Of a stretch of 64,000 nucleotides of DNA, positions 26,298 through 35,916 are shown in pieces (the stretch's first letter is position 1; every line of letters begins with the position of its first letter). The stretch is taken from positions 10,397 through 74,396 of the forward strand of contig CAYPSZ010000275.1 of NCBI GenBank assembly GCA_964413125.1. Reading direction: 5' to 3'. The DNA comes from an uncultured Desulfobacterales bacterium (GTDB lineage Bacteria; Desulfobacterota; DSM-4660; Desulfatiglandales; HGW-15). The position numbers and the translations under genes were made by a program. The notes under the pieces were generated by a model that worked only from the letters and a program-made list of their open reading frames with translations, was not told where the DNA came from and searched no databases.

Positions 26298-28151
26298 TCA
26301 TTGGGTATACATGCACTCGATCTCGTCCCGGTATTTTTCTTCAATAACCCGCCTCTTACACTTCAGGGTAGGTGTGAGTTCGCCGGTCTGCTGAGTCCAT
26401 TCATCGGGAAGAAGCCTGAATTTCCTTATCTGCTCGGCCCTGGAGAACGGCCGCATGTACTTGTCGATCACTTTCTCGTAAAGTTGCTGCACATTTTCAT
26501 TATTCAGGAGCTCATCACGGGTCTTATAGGAGACACCCTCCTGATCGGCCCACTTGGTAAGCTCTTCGAAGTTAGGGACTATCAGTGCGGATAGATACTT
26601 CCGGCGATCCCCTATAACGCTTATCTGTTCTATGAAACGCGATCCCTTGAGGGCGTTTTCGAGGTTCTGCGGAGCGATGTTCTTACCTCCTGAAGTTACT
26701 ATGATCTCCTTTTTCCTGCCTGTGATCATGAGACACTGGTCCTTGTCGATCTGTCCGATATCTCCGGTGCAAAAAAAGCCGTCTTCATTAAGGACTTCTT
26801 TAGTGGCTTCTTCGTTCTTGTAGTACCCAAGCATGATCTGGGGCCCCCGGATAAGAATCTCACCGTCATCGGCAATCTTTATTTCCGTGTCCTTGACAGG
26901 CGGCCCCACGGTCCCGGGCTTAATCATGCACGGTCGGTTGACATTGGTGACCGGAGTGGTCTCGGTCAGGCCGAACCCTTCCAGCACGGTAACACCCATG
27001 CCGAGGAAGAATTCCGCATCCCCCACAGAAAGGGGACCCCCTCCGGACACGGCGAACTTCAAGCGGTCCATACCCAAAGCCGCCTTGAGCTTGGAAAAGA
27101 TGAGCTTCTCAGCCAGGTTGTGCTTGATCTTGAACCACCCGGCCTTCGGTTCATCCTTGCAGACATAGGGGAGATTCTCCCTGGCCACCCCCATGGCCCA
27201 ACCGAAAAGCGCCTTCTTCACTGGAGAGGCATCGCCCACCTTGGCCAGGACTCCGGAATGGACCTTCTCATAAAGCCTGGGCACACTCACGATCAGAGTA
27301 GGACGTACCTCCACCAGATTTTCCTGGAGTTTGGAGAAATCCTCCGCAAAGTAGACCTTTCCACCTATTGAAACCGCCAGGTAATAGCCGGCTGTGCGCT
27401 CCAGTGAGTGGGACAGGGGCAGGAAGGACAGGAGCTCGTCTTCGTCGGTGAGCAGGTGACTGAAATCGTGCAGGATCTGATGCACGTTGGAGAGGAAGTT
27501 CCCATGACTAAGCATCACACCCTTAGGGGGACCCGTGGTGCCCGATGTGTAAATTATGGAAGCCAGGTCATCGGGCTGAACGGCCTTGAGCCTGCGTTCA
27601 AACTCCTCTTTATTGTCGTGCTCCCGGCCCTCCTCAAGGGCCTCCTCAAAGGTAATAACGCCTTCAGGCCTTTGCTCAACCTCATCAAACACCACAACAC
27701 CCTCCAGATCCGGCAGGCTGTCCCGTACCTTCACCACTTTTTCCATATGCTCCTTTGATCCCACAAAACAGATGCGGGACTCGGAGTGCTCCAGGACATA
27801 TTGGGCTTCCTCGGCGGAATTGGTTGCATAAATCGGCACATTGGCGGCACCTATGGAAAGAATTGCCTGGTCGATGACCCACCACTCGTAGCGATTGGAA
27901 GAAAAGAGGGCCACGTTCTGTTTAGGCTCAATACCCTTGGATATGAGGTATGAGCCAATGGCTCGGATCATCTCGTCCATCTCATTCCAGGAGATGTCAT
28001 GGTAAAGCCCGTCCTTCTTATAGGCAACACACGCCCTATCTCCATACTTGGCTACCTGCCTCTGAAAAACAGCGGCCATGGAGTTTTCGTATTCTGTCTG
28101 CAATTGTCCACCTCCTGTAGTAATGGATGGCAAGCCTAAGTTTTGGCTCAT
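26298..28151 (-). CDS. Long-chain-fatty-acid--CoA ligase (AMP-forming, FadD15/ACSL-like)
   Basis: 617 aa. IYTSGTTGPPKGVMLSH, GFGLTET, TGDIGQIDKDQCLMITGRKKE, GKNIAPQ. Confidence 0.9.
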   Translation of the reverse strand: MSQNLGLPSITTGGGQLQTEYENSMAAVFQRQVAKYGDRACVAYKKDGLYHDISWNEMDEMIRAIGSYLISKGIEPKQNVALFSSNRYEWWVIDQAILSIGAANVPIYATNSAEEAQYVLEHSESRICFVGSKEHMEKVVKVRDSLPDLEGVVVFDEVEQRPEGVITFEEALEEGREHDNKEEFERRLKAVQPDDLASIIYTSGTTGPPKGVMLSHGNFLSNVHQILHDFSHLLTDEDELLSFLPLSHSLERTAGYYLAVSIGGKVYFAEDFSKLQENLVEVRPTLIVSVPRLYEKVHSGVLAKVGDASPVKKALFGWAMGVARENLPYVCKDEPKAGWFKIKHNLAEKLIFSKLKAALGMDRLKFAVSGGGPLSVGDAEFFLGMGVTVLEGFGLTETTPVTNVNRPCMIKPGTVGPPVKDTEIKIADDGEILIRGPQIMLGYYKNEEATKEVLNEDGFFCTGDIGQIDKDQCLMITGRKKEIIVTSGGKNIAPQNLENALKGSRFIEQISVIGDRRKYLSALIVPNFEELTKWADQEGVSYKTRDELLNNENVQQLYEKVIDKYMRPFSRAEQIRKFRLLPDEWTQQTGELTPTLKCKRRVIEEKYRDEIECMYTQ

Positions 28152-28357
28152 TTATTGACCAATCGGGTGCAAATGTCAAGTTTCTCTCAGCTGCCGGGAA
28201 GGCGGTTTTCATGCCATGGCCTTACACCTGAGGGGACAAAAACAAAAAGCTACATTTGAAATGGCTAAAACATTGTGATAAGAGACTTGATCCCCATTTA
28301 TTCATGGAAGCCCGTCACGGTTGATCCAATAGAACCTGCCGGACCAAGGGTCTCTAA

Positions 28358-29527
28358 ATGAGCCTGACAAATTCTTCAGATGTCAATCGTATTGCCTGGC
28401 AGGACAAGGAAATACTGCTGGTGGGAACAGCCCATGTTTCCAGCGAAAGCGCCGACCTGGTTGAGCGGGTAATCCGGGAAGAGAAGCCTGACACCGTTTC
28501 CCTTGAGCTATGCAAGTCCAGGCACCAGGCCCTCACCCAGGAACATCGCTGGCAAGACACCGACCTCATTAAGGCCATCCGGGAGAAAAAGGCCTTTCTT
28601 CTCCTCATGAACCTCATCCTGTCCTATTTCCAGAAAAAGATCGGTCGCAACCTGGGGGTAAAGCCCGGGGCGGAGATGCTTCGCGCCGTGCGTACCGCTG
28701 AAGAAACCGGAGCTGCGCTTCACCTGGCGGACCGGGATATTAGGGTCACTCTTGCCAGAGCATGGAGGCTGATGGGCCTTTGGAGCAAAATAAAGCTTTT
28801 TGCTCAACTCCTTGTCTCTTCCGGAGAGTTGGATAGCCTGACCCCTGATGACATCGAAGACCTCAAGAAGAGGGATGTCCTGGAGGCCTTGCTGGACGAA
28901 ATCGGAGAGGGTCTACCGGAGATTCGATCGGTCCTCATAGATGAAAGGGACCTTTACCTGGCCGAAAAGATCCGCCAAAGCCCCGGCAACAAGGTGGTGG
29001 CCGTGGTGGGAGCCGGGCACGTACCGGGGATACTGAAACACTTTGGTGAGGATGTGGATCTACAGGCACTGAACCAGGTCCCCCCGGGAGGTCCGTGGAA
29101 GACGATTTTCAAGTGGGGCATCCCGCTCCTGATTGCAGCTATTTTTACGGCCGGTTTTTTCCGGGCGGGTCCCGCAGCCGGAATGGACATGCTCAAATGG
29201 TGGGTCCTTGCCAACGGCTTGCTGGGCGGGCTGGGAGCGGCTGCGGCACTGGCCCATCCCTTGACGATCCTTTCCGCTGTGGCAGCCTCCCCCCTCACAT
29301 CCCTCAACCCCATGATGGCGGCCGGCTGGGTGGCCGGCCTGGTTGAGGCCTTCATAGGCAAGCCCAAGGTAAGGGACTTCGAGGCTCTTTCCAAAGACCT
29401 GTCCTCTTTGCAAGGCTTCTGGAGGAACAAGATCTCAAGGATTCTGCTCGTGGTGGTATTCACCAATATGGGGAGTTCACTGGGCACCTTCGTGGCCATC
29501 CCCCTCATGGTCCGGGTATTCGCATGA
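28358..29527 (+). CDS. TraB/PrgY/Tiki-family protein (predicted metalloprotease fold) with C-terminal multi-TM domain
   Basis: LLVGTAHVS (GxxH), LIDERDLYLAEKI (ERD) and VVGAGHVPGI motifs, then 4-5 TM helices. Confidence 0.85.
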   Translation: MSLTNSSDVNRIAWQDKEILLVGTAHVSSESADLVERVIREEKPDTVSLELCKSRHQALTQEHRWQDTDLIKAIREKKAFLLLMNLILSYFQKKIGRNLGVKPGAEMLRAVRTAEETGAALHLADRDIRVTLARAWRLMGLWSKIKLFAQLLVSSGELDSLTPDDIEDLKKRDVLEALLDEIGEGLPEIRSVLIDERDLYLAEKIRQSPGNKVVAVVGAGHVPGILKHFGEDVDLQALNQVPPGGPWKTIFKWGIPLLIAAIFTAGFFRAGPAAGMDMLKWWVLANGLLGGLGAAAALAHPLTILSAVAASPLTSLNPMMAAGWVAGLVEAFIGKPKVRDFEALSKDLSSLQGFWRNKISRILLVVVFTNMGSSLGTFVAIPLMVRVFA

Positions 29528-31053
29528 TTATGATTACATACCATGATCTCACCAGCTATGACCGTGGTGCCATGTCTCCGCACATGCTTGACTGGGCCAA
29601 CCAGCCATCCCCCTACAAGGCCTACGAGAGCGTTGAAACAATTCCTCTTCCCAAGGTCTCCTTGGAGACCAGTCGACCCGGCCTTGATCTGCTTCAGGGG
29701 GATTGGCCCGGTGTATCTCCCGCCCCGCTCTCACACCTGGATGACATTACTCGTATCTTGACCCTCGCGTGCGCTCCCACAACCATAATAAGTCATGCTT
29801 CAGGGAAACACATACTCAGGAGCAATCCATCGGCCGGAGCACTCTATCCCACGGAGGTATATTTCGCTTGCAGCGGGATACAGGGCCTTAAGGACGGTCT
29901 TTTTCACTACGATCCATTGGGATCCCGCCTGCACCTCCTGCGCAAAGGCAACCTCCTGCCCTACCTTTCCTCTATTATGGGGTTTCCATCAGAGCGGGAG
30001 CCAGTGGTCTGCTTTTTTCTATCCGCCATAATATTTCGCAGTGCCTGGAAGTATCGTGCCCGATCTTACCGCTATCATCTGCTCGATACAGGACACGTGA
30101 TAGAGGGTCTGGAACTCGCCCTCCAATGGCTTGCCCGGCCATTGACTTTGGGCCTTGATTTTGACGACGATGCCATGAACCGCTTGCTGGGCCTTGATGC
30201 CACCAGGGAGCCGGCCCTTGCCGCAGCAGGCGTTTGCAGTTATCTCGGTCCATACGACTTGGAATCCGAACTCCAGCCTCTAAACGACTCCATCCTTAGG
30301 GCCTGCAGGGTGAGCGCCGTGGAAGTGAACTATCCTGATGTGCGAAAAATCCATGAGGCCGGGAAGCGTCCCCGCACCCCTGCCAAAGAACCGGGTCTCA
30401 TGGTCCGGGAGCTGGGGCCTGAGCCCGCGGAATGGATACCTTGGCCCCCTACCCCATCCCACCCCAGGCATGAGACCCCGTCCTATCCTGAAATAGTCAA
30501 GGCACGGCGTTCCAGGCGGAACTTCATACGGAGGTCGATGAAGGCGACGGATTTGTCAGCCCTCTTGGCTTCTCTGCGAGGCGTCCATAAGAACAATACT
30601 TCAAGCCCCGCGAATCCTGACATTGTGGCGGCCACCGGAATGCTCGTGGGGCGGGTGGAAGGGACCCCCCCGGGCAACTATCTGCTGGAACCTCGATCGC
30701 GGCGCATGGGGCTTGTCAGCGAGGGGGACCACACTTCACGCATGGCCCGTATCTGCCTGGATCAGTCATGGCTGGCGGGAGCGGCCCTGCACATAGTGTG
30801 GATGGCGAACCTTGCCTTTCTGGATGAGACCTGGGGCCCCAGAGGATACCGATATACCATGCTGGCCGCGGGTAGACTCGCACACAGGGTATACCTCACC
30901 GCCACCGCTCTGGGGCTGGGGTGTTGCGGGATAGGAGCTTTCTATGACGGTGAGGCTGCAGAGCTTCTATCGCTCCGTGGCTCATCAAGGCTCCTTTATC
31001 TTGTTGCGGTGGGACCCCTTCAGGGAGGCCTTCGCCTTGGACACGGCGATTAA
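29524..31053 (+). CDS. SagB-type dehydrogenase domain fused to a second nitroreductase-fold domain
   Basis: NPSAGALYPTEVY...GLFHYDP is a SagB-type signature. The second half has RRSRRNF...CGIGAFYD (nitroreductase fold). The ATG overlaps the TraB stop (ATGA at 29524-29527). Confidence 0.8.
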   Translation: MIMITYHDLTSYDRGAMSPHMLDWANQPSPYKAYESVETIPLPKVSLETSRPGLDLLQGDWPGVSPAPLSHLDDITRILTLACAPTTIISHASGKHILRSNPSAGALYPTEVYFACSGIQGLKDGLFHYDPLGSRLHLLRKGNLLPYLSSIMGFPSEREPVVCFFLSAIIFRSAWKYRARSYRYHLLDTGHVIEGLELALQWLARPLTLGLDFDDDAMNRLLGLDATREPALAAAGVCSYLGPYDLESELQPLNDSILRACRVSAVEVNYPDVRKIHEAGKRPRTPAKEPGLMVRELGPEPAEWIPWPPTPSHPRHETPSYPEIVKARRSRRNFIRRSMKATDLSALLASLRGVHKNNTSSPANPDIVAATGMLVGRVEGTPPGNYLLEPRSRRMGLVSEGDHTSRMARICLDQSWLAGAALHIVWMANLAFLDETWGPRGYRYTMLAAGRLAHRVYLTATALGLGCCGIGAFYDGEAAELLSLRGSSRLLYLVAVGPLQGGLRLGHGD

Positions 31054-31063
31054 TATTTGAGTT

Positions 31064-31092
31064 TTGACAGCAAGATGCCGTTTAATTATACT
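31064..31092 (+). promoter_or_regulatory. Sigma70-type promoter candidate for the MBL hydrolase gene
   Basis: TTGACA (31064-31069), 17 nt, TATACT (31087-31092), about 100 nt upstream of the ATG at 31194. Confidence 0.45.
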
Positions 31093-31193
31093 GCGTGACC
31101 TTCAAACAACACTTACCAATCCCGGCTGACTCCGGAGTTTGAAGGCTGGGTGGCTCCAATTCCAGGAAGCCGGGGCTGAATGGAGAAACAGCC

Positions 31194-32150
31194 ATGGACG
31201 TGCGATTCTGGGGAACACGCGGGTCCATTCCTGCACCATTAAATGCCCGCGACATTCGCTCAAAGGTCCGAGCGGCATTGAAAAGGGCGGTGAAGCAAGG
31301 CCTTGGCCCGGGCAGCGATCCGGACCAATTCATGGACCGGCATTTGCCCTTCTGCGAAAGGGCCACTTACGGGACAAACACCTCATGCATCGAGATCCGA
31401 GACGGAGATGCCTTTATCCTCTGCGATGCCGGAACCGGGCTCCACAGCTTCGGCAAGCATGTAATGCAGCTCAAAGCCGGAGATCGGCCGGAAGAGTTTC
31501 ATGTGGTCCTTTCTCACTTGCATTGGGATCACATACAGGGCTTTCCGTTCTTTGTTCCGGGCCTGATCCCTGGAAACCGTATTCTCTTATACGGGTGCCA
31601 CCCGGAAATGGAGAAGGCATTTGCCCTTCAGCAGAGCTCTCCGTTTTTTCCCATTGATTTCTGCAAACTTGGAGCAGACATAAGCTTCAAGACACTCATA
31701 CCGGACCGTGAGGTGGAGATAGAGGGGTTTAAGGTGACACCTAAACAGCAGAACCACCCGGGTACGTCCTTCGGGTATCGTTTCGAGAGGGGAGGCAAAA
31801 CAGTTGTATATTCCACTGATGCCGAGCATAAGAACGAGAGGGAGGAAGACATGCTTCCCTTTGCCACGTTCTTCAGAGACGCCGACCTTCTTATATTCGA
31901 CGCCCAGTACACACTCGCGGACGCCTGTACGGTGAAAGAGGACTGGGGACACTCCAACAACCTGGTCGGAGTTGAAATGGCACATGAAGCCGGCGTCCGG
32001 CATATCGTTCTTTTTCACCATGATCCGGACCACACCGACAGGGAACTCGACCGTCTCCTGGAGGACACAAAAAAGCTCGCCGGCATCCTTACACAGAATA
32101 CGGCCCTTGAGGTAACCATCGCCTGGGACGGGCTCATGATCAAAGTGTGA
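31194..32150 (+). CDS. MBL-fold metallo-hydrolase
   Basis: VRFWGTRGS..., LSHLHWDHIQGFPFF (HxHxDH) and LFHHDP. Confidence 0.8.
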   Translation: MDVRFWGTRGSIPAPLNARDIRSKVRAALKRAVKQGLGPGSDPDQFMDRHLPFCERATYGTNTSCIEIRDGDAFILCDAGTGLHSFGKHVMQLKAGDRPEEFHVVLSHLHWDHIQGFPFFVPGLIPGNRILLYGCHPEMEKAFALQQSSPFFPIDFCKLGADISFKTLIPDREVEIEGFKVTPKQQNHPGTSFGYRFERGGKTVVYSTDAEHKNEREEDMLPFATFFRDADLLIFDAQYTLADACTVKEDWGHSNNLVGVEMAHEAGVRHIVLFHHDPDHTDRELDRLLEDTKKLAGILTQNTALEVTIAWDGLMIKV

Positions 32151-32225
32151 GCTCGCTGAGCCTCTCGGCATGCCGACACTCATAAACCCGTCAAAGGGGG
32201 CACTCCAAGACGAAACGGCCTGATC

Positions 32226-33368
32226 TCACTCCACAACACCTTTCTCGTAAAGAGCATCGATCCTTTCAGACGTCATTCCGATGCCTTTGAGGACTTCCTT
32301 GGTGTCTGTGCCTCTCGGTCTTCCCGCTTTTTGAGACAGGCCCGGGGTGGCGGAGAGCTTCGGCGCCGGAGCAGGCTGGTTAACGCCGTCCAGGTTGGTT
32401 ATGAGTCCCCTTGCAGCAGCATGGGGATGCTTCTCAACTTCGTGCAGCCCGAGCACCGGCGCCACACAGGCGTCCCGGCCTTCAAACACCCGGACCCACT
32501 CCTCCCGGGACCGTGTACGAAAAACTCCCGCAAAAAGCGCCTTCATCTCCGGCCAACGCGCCGTATCGTTTTGCCGGGGAAGGTCCTCTAAGGCCAGCCC
32601 CAGCCCGTCAAGGAGTTCCCGGTAAAACCTCTCCTCAATGGCCCCCACGGCCATGTATTCACCGTCCGACGTCTCATAGACCTGATAGTAAGGTGCACCG
32701 CCGTCGAGGATGTTGGTTCCTATGTTCAGGGTCATGAGGCCGTTTGCCAAGAGACCGTGGAATTGTGTTGAGAGATATGACGCCCCGTCCACCATTGCGG
32801 CATCCACCACCTGACCCTTACCGGTGCTATGCCTTGCCGTGAGGGCAAGAAGTATGCCCATGGCGCACAAAAGTCCTCCGCCTGCAAAATCACCCAGCAC
32901 GTTGGCTGGAGGAAGGGGCGGCTCCCCCTGCCGGCGAAACAGGGAGAGGGCCCCTGATACCCCTATGTAATCGATGTCGTGGCCGGCTGTCAGGGCAAGG
33001 GGTCCGTACTGCCCCCATCCGGTGAGCCGGGCATAAACAAGCCCGGGGTTTGCAGACAGGGCCGGCTCAGGTCCCAGGTCGAGTCTCTCCATGACCCCGG
33101 GCCGGTAACCCTCCAGCAACACATCCGCATCCCGCAGCATTTCACGCACTATCCCTATGCCCTCGCGCTCTTTGAGGTTGATGCGAATAGATCTCTTACC
33201 CCTGTCAAAGGGGTTTTTCTCCATTACGTTGGGTATTTCCGGGGCGCCCTTTGAGGGCCGATCCACCACCGTGACATCGGCTCCGAAGTCGGCGAGTATC
33301 ATCCCGCAAAAAGGCGCCGGTGCGATACCGGCCATCTCGATCACACGAATGCCGTCCAAAGGCCTCAT
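32226..33368 (-). CDS. CaiB/BaiF family III CoA-transferase (alpha-methylacyl-CoA racemase-like)
   Basis: PLDGIRVIEMAGIAPAPFCGMILADFGADVTVVDRP is the characteristic N-terminus. SD GGAGGG. It starts 19 nt after livF. Confidence 0.9.
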   Translation of the reverse strand: MRPLDGIRVIEMAGIAPAPFCGMILADFGADVTVVDRPSKGAPEIPNVMEKNPFDRGKRSIRINLKEREGIGIVREMLRDADVLLEGYRPGVMERLDLGPEPALSANPGLVYARLTGWGQYGPLALTAGHDIDYIGVSGALSLFRRQGEPPLPPANVLGDFAGGGLLCAMGILLALTARHSTGKGQVVDAAMVDGASYLSTQFHGLLANGLMTLNIGTNILDGGAPYYQVYETSDGEYMAVGAIEERFYRELLDGLGLALEDLPRQNDTARWPEMKALFAGVFRTRSREEWVRVFEGRDACVAPVLGLHEVEKHPHAAARGLITNLDGVNQPAPAPKLSATPGLSQKAGRPRGTDTKEVLKGIGMTSERIDALYEKGVVE

Positions 33369-33387
33369 GCAGTCCCTCCTTTTTTGT

Positions 33388-34095
33388 CTATTCGCCCAGG
33401 TAGGCTTTCCTCACCTGCTCGTTGGTCAGCAGTTCCGCGGACGAGTCGGCCAGGGAGATCTCCCCTGTCTCCAGCACATACCCGCGATTGGAGATCTGTA
33501 ACGCGATCTGGGCATTCTGCTCCACCAGGAGGATAGTGGTCCCCTGCTCGTTGATCCCTCGAATTGTCTCAAAAATTGAGTCCACCACGATTGGAGCGAG
33601 CCCCAAAGACGGCTCATCCAGGAGAAGAAGTTTAGGACGGCTCATGAGGGCGCGGCCTATGGCCAGCATCTGTTGCTCACCACCGGACAAAGTGCCGCCG
33701 TGCTGCTTCTGTCGCTCCTTGAGCACGGGAAAGAGCTCGAACACATGCGCTATGTCCTGCTTGATGCCTTCCTTGTCCCTGCGAAGATAGGCCCCCATGT
33801 CCAGATTTTCCATGACCGAGAGCAGTGGAAAGATCATGCGCCCTTCCGGCACCTGGCATATTCCCATCTGGACTATGCTGTCCGCTCTCACCCCGGCAAT
33901 GGACTCACCGCGGTAAAGAACGTCACCTTCCGTGGGAACCAGCACGCCGCTGATGGTCATGAGGGTGGTGGATTTGCCGGCCCCGTTTGCCCCGATCAGG
34001 CAGACTATCTCCCCTTCGTCCACGTCCAGGGATATACCCTTGAGTGCGCGTATGTTCCCGTAGTATGTCTTGACGTTATCAAGCCTGAGCAGCAT
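33388..34095 (-). CDS. livF: Branched-chain-amino-acid-type ABC transporter, ATP-binding protein
   Basis: Walker A GANGAGKST, signature LSGGEQQML, Walker B LLLLDEPS. Overlaps livG by 17 nt. Confidence 0.9.
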   Translation of the reverse strand: MLLRLDNVKTYYGNIRALKGISLDVDEGEIVCLIGANGAGKSTTLMTISGVLVPTEGDVLYRGESIAGVRADSIVQMGICQVPEGRMIFPLLSVMENLDMGAYLRRDKEGIKQDIAHVFELFPVLKERQKQHGGTLSGGEQQMLAIGRALMSRPKLLLLDEPSLGLAPIVVDSIFETIRGINEQGTTILLVEQNAQIALQISNRGYVLETGEISLADSSAELLTNEQVRKAYLGE

Positions 34096-34873
34096 TGAAC
34101 GCTCCGGTTCCCAGGTAGGCTTCTATGACCCTGGGATCGCCCTGCACTTCTTTGGGCAGCCCGGTCATGAGCATACGGCCGTAATTAATGACCACCACCC
34201 GCTCGCAGATGCCCATGACGACCTTCATGTCGTGCTCGATTAGGAGCACGGTGATGCCCTTGTCGCGGATACGATGAATCAGGTCCATGAGGGAACGGGC
34301 CTCCTGGGGATTCATTCCGGCCGCAGGCTCGTCCAGCATAAGGAGCTTGGGGTCCGTGGCAAGTGCCCGGGCGATTTCCAGCCGGCGCTGATCCCCGTAG
34401 GCCATGGAACTGGCGATCTCATCTCCCCGCCCCCGCAGGCCCACGAACTCTAGGATCCCCTGGGCGCTCAATGTGATTTCCTCTTCCTCCCGGCGCTGGG
34501 ACGGCGTTTTCAATACAGCTCCGAAAACATTGGACTTGAAACGACAATGGCGTCCGATCTTGACATTGTCCAAGACCTTAAGGTTGTCAAAAAGGCGGAT
34601 ATTCTGAAAAGTCCTCGCGATGCCCAGGGCCGTTACCTTTTCCGGTTTCTTTCCGGCGATGGAAACGGGACTCCCGTCGACCGTTAAAACCACCTTGCCC
34701 GCGGAGGGTCTTTCTATTCCGGCCACACAGTTGAAAAGGGTGGTCTTGCCGGCTCCATTGGGTCCGATCAGGCCGATGATCTCGTTTTGATTTATGTCGA
34801 ACGATATGTCCTGAAGAGCCCTGAGTCCGCCGAAATTCTTGGACAGCCCCTGAATCTGAAGAATTGGAGTCAT
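34079..34873 (-). CDS. livG: Branched-chain-amino-acid-type ABC transporter, ATP-binding protein
   Basis: ILQIQGLSKNFGGLRAL, GPNGAGKTT, YGDQRRLEIARAL, LLMLDEPAAGM. Internal ATG at 34873. Confidence 0.9.
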   Translation of the reverse strand: MTPILQIQGLSKNFGGLRALQDISFDINQNEIIGLIGPNGAGKTTLFNCVAGIERPSAGKVVLTVDGSPVSIAGKKPEKVTALGIARTFQNIRLFDNLKVLDNVKIGRHCRFKSNVFGAVLKTPSQRREEEEITLSAQGILEFVGLRGRGDEIASSMAYGDQRRLEIARALATDPKLLMLDEPAAGMNPQEARSLMDLIHRIRDKGITVLLIEHDMKVVMGICERVVVINYGRMLMTGLPKEVQGDPRVIEAYLGTGAFNAAQA

Positions 34874-34877
34874 GTAT

Positions 34878-35915
34878 CTAGCCCATGGGTGTCTTGACTT
34901 TTTTTCGCTTGACTTTGCCGGCCCGCATCTGTGCGGCAACTGCAGGAATGGGCAGAAGGCCCGCAGGTCTGTATCGCATCATGAGTACCATGATCAGTCC
35001 GAAAGCCAGGAACCGTACCTCCACGGGCATGCCCAGGGCGGACAGCACTTCTCTTAGGATCTCGCTCAAAGAGACCAGTACCGCGGCCCCCACCATGACA
35101 CCCCATATGTTACCCATGCCGCCCAGCACCACCATGCACAGCACAAGAAATGACTCCCAGAACTTGAACATATCCGGAGAGAGAAAAGTGACCCACCTGG
35201 CAAAGAAGCTGCCGCCCAAAGCCCCGAATGCCGCGCTGATCCCGAAGGCGATCACTTTATAGACCAGCAGGTTTATGCCGCACGAGACCGCCGCCACCTC
35301 ATCGTCTCTTATGGCGAACCAGGCGCGTCCCAGTCTCGAGTCCTGTATGCGGTGCATGACGAAAACAGTAGCCAGAACCATTAATATGGCCAGATAATAG
35401 TACGGCAGCTCCCCCTGAAACTCCCACACCGGGCCTCCCAGCCAGGAAAGATCCACGGATGGAGGCGCAATTCCGGGAAGGCCCAGGGGGCCCCGTGTAA
35501 GCCAGATCTCGTTCATCAGGAACAGGACCACCAGCTCGGAAAAACCGAAAGTCACAATGGCAAAGTAGTCCCCGGTGAGCCGCAACGTCGGCGCCCCCAG
35601 CAATACACCCCACAAGGCCCCGTTCAAGAAGGCCGCAGGGATGATAAGCCAATAGGAAAGACCGAAGTGGTATGTGAGCAGCCCCGATGTGTACGCACCT
35701 ATACCGTAGAAACCGACGAACCCCAGATCAAGCAGCCCGTTGAATCCAGGGATGATATTCAACCCCAGCGCAAGAATCATATATAGGTAGATGAGGATGA
35801 TCACATGGAGGAGGTGCTGCGAGACGAATGGGAACGCAGGGAGGACCAGCGCCATTATCAGAAGCGCGATTCTGAATTTGCCCGCGTTGGTTAATGTCCG
35901 CTCCATGGTCCCCAT
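34878..35915 (-). CDS. livM: Branched-chain-amino-acid-type ABC transporter permease
   Basis: Multi-TM LivM-like protein (GLLDLGFVGFYGIGAY). ATG at 35915, 1 nt after the livH stop. Confidence 0.85.
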   Translation of the reverse strand: MGTMERTLTNAGKFRIALLIMALVLPAFPFVSQHLLHVIILIYLYMILALGLNIIPGFNGLLDLGFVGFYGIGAYTSGLLTYHFGLSYWLIIPAAFLNGALWGVLLGAPTLRLTGDYFAIVTFGFSELVVLFLMNEIWLTRGPLGLPGIAPPSVDLSWLGGPVWEFQGELPYYYLAILMVLATVFVMHRIQDSRLGRAWFAIRDDEVAAVSCGINLLVYKVIAFGISAAFGALGGSFFARWVTFLSPDMFKFWESFLVLCMVVLGGMGNIWGVMVGAAVLVSLSEILREVLSALGMPVEVRFLAFGLIMVLMMRYRPAGLLPIPAVAAQMRAGKVKRKKVKTPMG

Positions 35916-35916
35916 G

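Noticed and set aside
32165-32176. A perfect 12-bp palindrome TCGGCATGCCGA between the convergent MBL hydrolase and CoA-transferase genes.
   Set aside because: It is too short and GC-rich to stand out from chance in this window, has no flanking T-tract and is a single copy.
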